The position numbers were made by a program, and so were the translations under genes. Shown here piece after piece: positions 53,650 through 64,000 of a DNA stretch of 64,000 bases. How positions within the stretch are numbered: position 1 is the first letter of the stretch; every line of letters begins with the position of its first letter. Location of the stretch: assembly GCF_036321535.1 (NCBI RefSeq), contig NC_087436.1:59646001-59710000 (forward strand), written 5' to 3'. The stretch comes from Camelus dromedarius. Taxonomy: Eukaryota. The notes beneath the pieces are model-generated. The model was not told the DNA's origin. It ran no database searches and worked only from the letters and a program-made list of their open reading frames with translations.

Positions 53650-54297
53650 GTTTCATTTATTCTAATATTTATTAAGAACTTATGTGCCAGACATTAGCAA
53701 ACCGCAGCCAAATCTAGTCTAGAATCTATTCCGGTAAATACCATTTTTAATAAAACACAGCTACATTCATCATTTACATACTGTCTATACCTGCTTTCAG
53801 TCCACAACATCACGGTTTGGTTGAGACACTGTATGGACCACAGAACATAAAATATTTATTATCTGACCCTTTACAGAAAAGGTTTGCTGACCCCTTGCCT
53901 GGAAACTAGGGACACATTGCTGAATAAAATAACTATCTTTTCTTCTTAGCACTTACACATTGGCTGGACTGGGAAGATATTAACTACCATCTTATAAATA
54001 GGTAGAAAGTGTATTAGAACATAGTAAGTGCTATGGAAAAAAGAAAGCAGAATAACGGTAATAGGGCATATGATGTGGGTGCCAGATTGCTATTTTCAAT
54101 AGGGTAGAGTAGAGGAATTTCAGAAAGTGACATTTGAGCAAATTATTGAAGGACAGGAGGTAGTAACCACATCAACGGGGAAGAGTGTACTGGTCTGAGA
54201 CAGCAGCTTACAGCAAATAACCAGAAGGAAGGAGCATGCTTTGTGTGTTCAAGAAAGAATCAGGAGGCTGATATGCAAGAACAGTGAGGGCAAAGTA
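53650..54297 (-). mobile_element. L2 3' region interrupted by a MER58-like element
   Basis: ttcatttattctaatatttattaagaacttatgtgccag | insert | ...ggaaactagggacacattgctgaataaaa...taagtgctatggaaaaaa...aaagtgacatttgagcaaa. Confidence 0.7.
53688..53896 (+). mobile_element. MER58A-like hAT-Charlie DNA transposon
   Basis: agcaaac...gccaaatc...gagacactgtatgg...aaaatatttattatctgaccctttacagaaaaggtttgctgacccct. Confidence 0.8.
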
Positions 54298-55329
54298 GTT
54301 CCCACAACAGAGACTGTCTTCAATAGTACCAACATTTGTTACTGCCAGTAACTGTTGTAAAATATGAGTCAATGCCCAGGGCTTAGGAAAAAAAAAATTT
54401 TTTTTTATCATGCATGGTTAAGCAAGTGTTCAAGAACTCTGAAGTATAATATTAGTTTAGTAATACCCAGTTGCCACATATATCTCAATTTATATATATT
54501 ACTGGAAAGGAGATGTGAATAATGACATGATTTATAACAGTATCTTGGAGAACATCTAATATGTAATAATATATGAGGTCATATAGACTGCTTGAAAAAT
54601 TTACAAAATCTTGCAAGGTTTGGCTAGGGCTCAAGAGTACCGAACACATAAAAGAATGCATTTTATATTATTACCTTTCAGCTCCAAGATACTAAGTAAT
54701 GTTATTAGACTCATCAGGTAGTTAAGTTTCCCTGATGGATTGCAGTAATAATTTTAGAATTTTAAAAAAACTGATACAACAGATTTTATGCCTAGAGAGA
54801 GGCAAATAACGTACACTCTCTTGAAATATATTCATACTGTTAAGAAAATTTAGAAGATTTGTTTTAAAGATTTTGTACCATGTTGCTTGGCCAGATAAAC
54901 AAAGGCCATAATGGAAAAACCAGCCAAAGAAAAGAAAGAATAAGTACGAAAAAAATACGTCAGGTATAATAAGATTTAAGAAAAGTTCTATATTACATCA
55001 ATCCTCTAGAAAGCATTTTAATGCCGAGACAAAAAGATTACTCGTAAAAATGTACCAAATCTTAAAAATTTTAAATCACATCTTAAATATTAAAAGCAAA
55101 ATTATATTAAAATCTCAAATATGAACAAAGGTTAATAATACTTTACATTTGAAGAATGCTTTAGACAGTCTTAGGCAACACTGGTAAGAGGCCTCTTAGT
55201 TTATTACCAATTTCTCCTGAAGACCAACTTCATTCCAGCAGATCAAAGACCTGGAAATCTTTAAAGCAGCAGATTTCCTGAAACCAGAGAAGGGCTCACT
55301 TGGGCAGCTAACAGCTACACTGTTATAGC

Positions 55330-55525
55330 ACTTTTTCATTGACTCATTTAATGTGCACCACAGCTGTATAAATGCTATTACCTCTAGACCACAGATGAAA
55401 AAACTGAGGAAATGAGGTGTTATGTAATTTGCCTAAGGTCAAATAATAGATGGTGGAGAACTGGGTTTTGAAAACTGTCATGTGCACCTCCAAAGGACCC
55501 ACACTTAATTTTTAACCTATGCTGA
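55330..55525 (-). mobile_element. MIR SINE
   Basis: acagatgaaaaaactgagg...gtaatttgcctaaggtca...tggtggagaactgggttttgaa. Confidence 0.7.
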
Positions 55526-56958
55526 CTTTCTAAGAGATGTCATCCTCTTGAACTTACAAAGTCTAGAAATAGTCTTCAGATGTTCAGCCAACCTAAAGTC
55601 TTATTCTTACTTTGGGATATTTTTTTTTTCCCTGAAGACACAAGCGATTTCATAGCCTATTAGGCAGAAATCTCCTCATACACATCTCTTGGATAGTGTA
55701 TAAAGTGTGCATATAGTTACTATGAAACTTATTTTTGAACATGGGATTAATAAAGATGGAATGGCAGATTTGTGATTAGGCATTGTTTTCAGTAAACAAG
55801 GGAGGTTCTCTCCATGACCCTTTCCCTTTAGATACTAATTCCCTAAGAATTCCCACCCTTACCTATCAGTAGTCAGTGTCCTTCATGCTTCTCTTGCTCT
55901 CCTCCAAGAGCCTTTCTCCCTGAAGTTCACCCTACTTCTTGCTATTTCCCATTTTATGTCCTAATAATTCTGACAATCAGACATGTCAGACCATTTCCCA
56001 GTCGTCTTTGTTTATTCAAAGCCAATAACCATTTAGCACCCCAAGGTTCCTCCTCCTTCCCTTTCAGACTCTGATGTTTACCTGAAACAGACTGGCTTCC
56101 TGTACAATCCAGATATTGGTTCATCCTTGGCGTCATTATTTCTAAATCTATTTTGCCTCTGGGTTCCTGCTAGTTTCCTCTTTATTCCCTATCTCCCTAA
56201 GATCAACTGAAACCCAACAGGCACAGAGATGGCGCCACAGAGCTAACCCAGTCAAGGAATTAGAGTTTCAGCATATAAAAGGACCAAGAACAAAACAACC
56301 CACATTTCCTATCTAACTTGTTCCTGGCAGAGAAAAAAATACTAAGAATTTTAATAACATTTTCAAATGTAATTACTATTTAAAAAATAGAAAATGTGTC
56401 ATTTTGCTTTCAAAATTAACTTTGTTTAAAGATGTTTTAAATAAAGTTGGTGAGGAGCAATAAACTATTAATAAATTAGGCCAATAAAGGCTAGTGGGGT
56501 GGAGTAATTAATGCTCACTGAGCACTAACGCCAAGCATTACCGTTTAAGGTGGAAAACAAACATTAAAAAAGCCAACATTCAGGAAGAAGCAATGCACAA
56601 AGGACAGCAGTCATGTACATTAAATACACGAAGTTCACATTTATGACTCCTCTTCCAACTCTCATTCACTGGACAAGTCATAGAAGCTAACTGGCAAGAG
56701 AAATCACATTCTTTCTACTGAACTTTTGGTTATTTTGAGGACAAATGAGAGCCAGACACACTTCCAGAGTACCAGGACAAACCTCAAAATAGAGATAATA
56801 CAGTTTCTACTTGATTTATAATATGTTAAAATTCAATCCAGCTTTGAAAATTCTACACAGTAGCCAGAAACCTGGGCAAAGGAGAAAACTGAGATCATAA
56901 GTAGTTCTGATACAAAAAGTATCCTGGCCCAGGCTATGTCAGGGGATACAAACAGAAA

Positions 56959-57023
56959 TTTTTATCCATAGTAAAATAAAGAATTCTCTCCTACTAAATG
57001 ATGCTCATTTCAATGGCAACTTT
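56959..57023 (+). repeat. Copy 1 of a 65-bp dispersed direct repeat
   Basis: tttttatccatagtaaaataaagaattctctcctactaaatgatgctcatttcaatggcaacttt; 59/65 identical to 58075-58139 by hand alignment. Confidence 0.9.
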
Positions 57024-58074
57024 CTCAAGCATTGTTTTTTGTTTGTTCCCACCCTTGCCCCAAACATGTTCCTGATTTCTTGTCTTAGGAATGAGTCATC
57101 AAAACTAGTATTTTGATAACAAAGGCTATTTTTGAAAAGGCATGTGTCATTCCTGTTTCAAATCACTACAGAGGTTTTAGACACTGATCTTATTTTCCAA
57201 AGGGGAGGAAAAACATCACTTAGTGACCGCTGAGTCTAGGTGCTGACTCTGTCTCTAGGATACAGGTAAAACTCTATAGGGACATGTCATAGGCAAGGTG
57301 TTTCTGAGCTGTAAGGAATCAAGTAGTCTGCCTAACTTACATGATGATGACATGATAGCACACTGGTACTATCTACCATTTTTTTTTAAGGGGTGAAAAA
57401 AATGGTTTCTTCATTAACCCAGATGCTATTTCATCAACCGAAAAAAAGAATTTACTCTCTAATGAGAAATGCAACAATTGCCATGGAAATTCAGACTTGC
57501 AGACAGGGTTATAACTATCAAAGAAACTGAGAGGCTTCACAGATTTCATGGATAAAGATGCTTTGTTTTTGCAGTATAATATCCCTTTGCTGTTGTGCTT
57601 TAAGCCTTATACATAGGCACTGTAGTCAGTGAAGACAAAATTTATGAACTATGAAACATTTTAAATATTGACATTTAAATTTTTTTTAATACTAATCATG
57701 AAACCTTACTCCTGAGTTTGCTGAAATTCAGAGCTGTCTACTTCATTTCAGCAGATAACTAGTGGGAGGATGTAATCACAAAGCTAAAAAAAAAATGAAA
57801 CACTCCAGGCTAGACATCTTAAGCTAATCTTAATATAGAAAAGTTCTTCAAAGATTTGAGCACACAGCACTTCGTAAATAATACTGCTACGAATTTCTTT
57901 AAAATGAAGATTACAGATTTCTCATAGTGAAATTAATGTCAGAGTCAACCTCTTGTAATCGAAAATGGTTATTTTGTCTCCTTTCTATTTCTGAATTAAG
58001 ATACAACCTTTCTCCTCGTTCTTTTCCACCCACACACATTTAATATTAGAATTTAGTGGAACGGATTTAACTTT

Positions 58075-58139
58075 TTTTTATCCATAGTAAATTATAGAAT
58101 TTTCTCCTACTAAATGATGCTTATCTCAATGGCAGCTTT
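58075..58139 (+). repeat. Copy 2 of a 65-bp dispersed direct repeat
   Basis: tttttatccatagtaaattatagaattttctcctactaaatgatgcttatctcaatggcagcttt. Confidence 0.9.
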
Positions 58140-58973
58140 AATAAAATAATAAATGTCAAGATGCTAAAGCAGCAGAGATCAAAAGGATAATTTAGGACAT
58201 GTTCTATAAAGTATGTTGTATTATAATTTTAGAATTGTATTGTATTACATCGTTATATTAATTTATTATAATTTCAGTCGAAGCCACTATCTCAAAGACC
58301 AGAGGATTAGCTAATGACTATCAGATAGAATAAAGAGACAATCCATGTATCAGTCTTTTATTTAACATTTCCCTTTGAGAGAACCATTTTCTTTTTATTC
58401 TAGTGTTCCTATCTTAGTTGTTAAGTATGAACTTTCCCCATTTTGGAAGAATGGAAGAAGGATTTCCAGACTTTGTTTTATTCCTCCTAAACTATGCTTC
58501 AACAACAGAAGAGAAATGCCTATCTAATTGTTGAGATTGGGTTAAAGAATAAAACATGGGGAGTTCAGCCTCTCTGATGGCCTCTTTTGAGATAATCTGA
58601 TGTATTGATGTGGACTTTCTCCTCCTGCTCCTCCTTCCACATAAACATACTTGGACCAGGACTTAGGACTTGGTCTGTGCCTCCTGTCAGAGCCCTGACG
58701 GGTTGGGGAAGATGGCCACTCTTGTTATTCATGCAGAAGTGTAAAAAACAGAATGCTGCTCTTTATTTCATTTGTACTTTTTGGCCTGAGATATTTTAAT
58801 TGGAAATTGCACCAGTTTCATTAAAATACAAAATTTGTGGAAAGAAAATAAAACCTTTCAAAATTGCCTTCTAGAAATCAATGTCTTTTCATGGTTCCAT
58901 TTTTGGGACCATAGATGTGATGCAGCAATGAGCCTGTAGCAAGGTTAGTAGGCACATACCACTTCTACAGGTC

Positions 58974-59324
58974 TGTTACAGACTGAATGCTTGTATCCTT
59001 CAAAATTCATAGATACTGAATGCCCAATGTGATGGGATTAGGAGGTGGGGCTTTTGGGAGGTCCTTAGGTCTTGAGGTAGAGCCCTCAGGAAAGAGATTA
59101 ATGCCCTCATAAGAAGGGACCAGAGAGCTAGCCTGTCCTCTTCCTACCATATGAGGATGCGACTAGAAGTTGGTAGTGTGCAACCTAGAAGCCAGCCCTT
59201 ACTAGAATTCAACCACGCTGGCACCCTGGTCTCAGACTTTCAGGCTCCAGAACTTTGAGAAATACATCCTTACTGTTAAGCCACACAGTCTATGGTACTG
59301 TGCTCCAGCAGCACAAACAAGATA
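58974..59324 (+). mobile_element. MaLR solo LTR (MLT1A0-like)
   Basis: tgttacagactgaatg...caatgtgatgggattaggaggtggggcttttgggagg...gctggcaccctggtctcagactttcaggctccagaactttgagaaat...aagccacacagtctatggtac. Confidence 0.88.
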
Positions 59325-62300
59325 GAGGGCATATGGAGGGCACAGGTCTTGCATTCTTTCATGTCTAGATTTCAGTTGTTTCAGAACCTGTAGTTGGAAG
59401 TTGTATGAAAAGTATACTCACATTTATTAAACCTGCTGTTACTTAAATCTATTGTCATACACATGTTTGATGTTCTGATGTTTTTTGGTGTCATAAGCTA
59501 ACTAAGTATATGATTAATTGCTTGTATCTATTTTGGATTCTTCAGATAATCCAAGGAGCCTAAGATCTTACTAATATTTCTCAAAGCAGTTAGCAATATA
59601 GAACACATAAAACACTTGGTAATTCACAGGCTGAAAATGATAGAGCAGTTCATGTAAGTTACAATTCAAATATGTATTTAATGATAGAAAACAGTTCATT
59701 TACCTATTGCATTCATTTGATTACTGAATAATTAAATTGGACAATTGAAACATTTTAAATTATGTATTTATAATCTCAATCTTTCTAGTAATGAAAATAT
59801 TCAGAGACCCCATTAACTAGAAATATTTATATTCTTGAATTTTAAAATTTTATTATTAGTTATGATTTTCCTATATGGGTATATATACACTATGCAGTAC
59901 TGCTATGTTAAAATTTTTAAATTTTTAAATTTTGTTAGACTAAAAGGACTAGAGTGTCTGCCAGGAACTCTAGGGGTAAGTCAGAGAGGGCTAAGAAGAG
60001 AAAGGACCCACACAGCAAGGTTTGTGGTTGGGCGAGGCTCAGCAGAATATGTGTCTGCTCATCCATTTTAGGTTATGAACAAAAATTTTTCTGCAGTTTG
60101 ACACTGAACTAATAATCTTTCATTAGGATGACAGACCCAAAAAGCAGCTTGATCTAAATTCTGTGGGTTTGCTGATCGTTTCCGTTCATCAGTAGCAGAA
60201 CGGTAAGGGAATGAGGGGCATAGATGAGTGTGCATGAAATTCTATTTGTCAGCTTCCTATTGAGCTAAAAATATTCCACCCAGGAGTACCATATAATTTG
60301 CCCATGTAGGAATATCATTACTCTCATGCCAGGTCAGAACAGAGGTCTATCTATTTCAGAATGTTGAGAAGATGACCCAAATGGGAAAGTCTTCCCCAAG
60401 TCCTGAAATATCTTTAAGTCATATATGTGAGTACCAGTTTTAAAAGGCAGAGTCTATCACTGAATTCTAGGCTTAATTCAGTAGAGTCAAGTCACTGGAA
60501 ATTAGGAAATATGCACCCATTATATTCTAGACCTTGTGTTGGCTGTAATAAGGCAAAAAAGGCTAAAATTTCATAATGGTATGTATATGATTCTCTAGAC
60601 TGTAACAAAATTCTCCCAGATGTCTTGCATACAATTAAAACAATCTGGTGTAACGTATTTCAATGTGGCAAAAATAAAACTATATTCTAGTTGGATACAT
60701 CTCTCTGGAAAAATCTGGTTTTACTCAGTTGTCATCTTTGATGAGAATTCCAGGAGCTGCTGACAAAGCATTAGATGTTATCAAAGATGTACCAGGAAAG
60801 CAAAGAAAATATCTTTCAACTAGATTTGAATAAAATATGCTCAAGGGGCAAATCCTATGTATAACATGCAGTAATTTTAAGCACATCACTGAACTGGGAT
60901 TACAGTCTTACAATGTTGTCTCATGGTCCCAAGATAATACTTCATATCATAAATGTAACCTTAAATATAAAGTGGCAAGTATGTCTAAAATCATTGTATT
61001 TAGAAGTTCTAATATGAAGCTGTAACTGGCTATGTTAGTTTGGAAAAAAAAGTAAAATTCTAAGAAAAAAATGTTAGTAGGTACAAATGAAAAAGGTATT
61101 TTAAAGTAACAGTAGTTGAAAAATGATGCAACATGATTGATAGATATTTCTTAATTTGCATTAGTAGTGATACAGATTTAATTCTTTATTTGCATTAGTG
61201 AACATCTGGAAACTATCCTTTAATACTCCTAGAATGAGGTTAGCCTTTTTCCTCTGCACTGTAATTAGCCAAGGAATCCTATGGTAAAAGGAAGATTGTA
61301 CTGAAACTATACATTCAAGTAACCTCCAACATCAATGTTTAGTATTAATTCATTCAGCTTACTGAGGTACTAAGATTCAACCTATCCTTTGAGAATCATT
61401 TATGAAATCCTAATGACTTAAAGTTGATTGTTAGCAAGAAATAAATTATTCATTTTAGAGTTTATCCTGATCATTAATCATCAACTTGTGAATACTAGGG
61501 AGGGAAATAGGTTTATGACTTCCATGAGGGCCAACTGACAGAAATCTTCAAAGAACTTCCTTTAAACTGAAAATACATGGAAAATCATTTAGAGTTGCAT
61601 ATATAACACAATGAAGGCTTTGTTTATTTCAGCTGAGGAATTAGGAATGAATTTTGCCTACTTAGAATAATATATTAATTTATTCATTAAATAATTTGAG
61701 TGCTTTTGGGAAATGCACTATTTTATGCACTGGTTCTTAATACTGGGGACTGAGTGGCAATTAAGTAATGAAATGTCTTTATAGAGATACACAAATCCCT
61801 TGTCGTAAGTCTTTCTTCTTACCAAGAAAAATGTCCCAAGTACAAGCCATCATGAAAGGGCTATTAGTAGTCTCTAACTTCAGAGCTTACTTTATACTGT
61901 CCTTGTGTTAAAGGGAAGGGAACTAGCCCCATAAGTTATTAGAAAAACACTGAAGAATGTAAGGTCATTTGTCTTTGAAACTATAATAGGTGTCTATCTT
62001 GTCTCCTCAAAGATGGAATATGACTAGGACAGCATGTACGTAGTAGGCTTAGCATTGATATATAGGAAGTGTATTGTTGCAAAAAGTTTAACATTATCTG
62101 TGGAAGAATACTATAAATTAGAACAATGAAATTGAAACTTTAGTATTTTTTTCAAGTATACATCATTTAGTTCTCAAAGGAAACATCTATAAAATGTTGG
62201 GAAAGATTGGTCTTGTCAATCTGAGTTTTTAGTAGTTAAAGGCTTCTGAGTAAAAAAAAAAAATATGGCAAATTTTTACGTATTTTGGAACAAAAGGAAT

Positions 62301-64000
62301 CATGTTCATTTGCCTAATGACAGACATACAGGTTTCCAGAATGCAGTGCTTCATTTACTTATGAATCTCTAAGATCATGCACTTTGGTAATCACACTTCT
62401 GCATACATAAAACAATCAAACAGGATATAAACAGTCAATTCGAAGCAATTAACATGTTTAAGTTCTGTAGTTTTCTAAGAAACAATTTTTTTTTTAAACA
62501 CATACCAGTAAACACTGAAGCTTCATTTTTTTAAAATTACATTACCCATTTGCTATGGCTCAGAAATAAGTTGTCACAGTTTTGGTTAGATTATCAAATG
62601 TGTTTATGCATATATCTAACTCTAGCTGAACACACGCAAATAAAACTTTATTCCTTTGCATACATTTCCAGTAGGGACAGAAAATTTAGTCACTGAAATT
62701 TCATTTTGTTTCAAAAGGACTCATTATATGCCTATTTTCATACACAATTGACAAAAAATATTAGCAAATATGGACTTATACCACTAAGTTTTTTAAAAAG
62801 TTAAAAAGTAACCCCTAAAGCTTGTGAAAAAGGATGTTTTGTCCTTGACTCCAGTAATGTTACTTTTAAGATTAAGAAAACAGACATAAAATGTATTTGA
62901 CATAAAATTCGGGACCAAATACTTAGTTATTAACATTCCAATTACATCTTTTAAAAAGGAAGGAAAAATACCTGAATCACATTGGGATAGTGGAGTAATG
63001 GGTAACAAATTTCTTGTCACTTAGGTAACCTTCATCAAAAAAAATTCTACAACAGTCTAAAAATTTTTAAAATAGTGTAAAATTTACCTAACATTTGGCC
63101 AAAATTATCTGATGTAAAAAATACCCTCCATTACAATATGCAAATAGTGAGACTTAAGCAGCAGCATTTGTTGTTAAAATAATGACAGTTGTATTCATAA
63201 AGTTTCAAGGATTAAATAAACTTATTCAACCAATCTTCATTTCAATTACATCAGATGCATGGCATTAAACTTGCCAAGTGTCTGCCTTTTGCAACGTACT
63301 GGAGAACTCAAGCCAATCTTGAGCAGTCTAACAGGCATAGTATCATTCTTCTAGCAGCTTGACTTTTTGCTAAAACAAGTATGCCTATTTGACAGAGTTC
63401 AGAAGGAAAAATATACTTTCATCCATGGAAAATTATATAATGATAGTTTTCTAAAGTGAAAAATTATAACAAGATAGGCTATTCAGTCCAAGATAGTGTT
63501 TAAAATGGTAGAGAACTAGGAACAGTATCTATTATTTTTAGTCAAAAAGTAAGATTAGTTAGGAAGTGAACAATCAATAAAACAAGTTTTTTTCATTGAC
63601 TGTCACACCCTCCAAACCCCTTGCCAAAAGGTGGCTTCTCTGTATATCCAGTAAGAAGTCCATCTTAGGCAAAGGCAGGCTAGCACCACCCTAAAACATC
63701 CCTCAGGCTCTTATCTGCTATTCATTAGCTAATGGGAAAGTTCATTAGTTGTGCTGAAATTTAGTTTTCCTGTTTGCAATGCAGTGAGAATGACAAAACT
63801 GACAGTTTGGCGTAGCTGGGAACAGTAAATGACTAAAACTAAAATAAAGGACAAAGGGAAGAAAAAGGTATATGGATTGGACATCTATTATATTGGTGTT
63901 AGATGGGTTTTACGTCTCAGTTTTTTCAAATTAAAGTTCAGTCACTTTTTAGAATAATAATTTAGTGTTGCTACCAAACTGGTTTGCACACAGATGAAGG

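Larger units (their letters stand above)
1513..64000 (-). other. CCSER1: Large intron upstream of the exon (CCSER1, about intron 8; continues beyond the window)
   Basis: No other recognisable coding exon across 62 kb; the sequence is repeat-rich and AT-rich. CCSER1 is known to have very large introns. Confidence 0.75.

Noticed and set aside
54712..54737. Small hairpin catcagg...cctgatg (and ttcgta...tacgaa at about 57871-57893)
   Set aside because: Stems of 6-7 bp are expected by chance and too short for a pre-miRNA or structured RNA call.
1..64000. Prokaryote-style systems (CRISPR arrays, operons, defence islands) or a CpG-island promoter
   Set aside because: The sequence is mammalian intronic DNA with no regularly spaced repeats, no long ORFs and no CpG island.

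Overview
AT-rich, CpG-poor mammalian genomic DNA, most likely from a camelid (a short tRNA-derived SINE and young L1 3' UTRs resemble camelid-type elements). It contains one convincing coding exon: a 78-bp phase 0-0 exon on the minus strand (1435-1512, ERVRHLQKAFTSKVDKSTQTELLGYD). I recognise this from memory as an internal exon of CCSER1/FAM190A, about human exon 9. The rest of the window looks like intron of that gene and is filled with decayed transposable elements (L1, L2, MIR, MaLR/ERVL LTRs, hAT and Tigger DNA transposons). The ORF track is otherwise noise or L1 ORF2 debris. I see no clear novel multi-gene system. The best leads are: a canonical LC8/dynein-light-chain motif (DKSTQT) confined to the skippable exon; a CpG-retaining non-repeat block at about 29.4-29.7 kb that could be an alternative last exon removing that motif; a microhomology-mediated L1 deletion; a chimeric L1 cluster; a four-layer nested TE cluster; and a dispersed 65-bp duplication. 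Repeat family names and most repeat boundaries are by-eye estimates.
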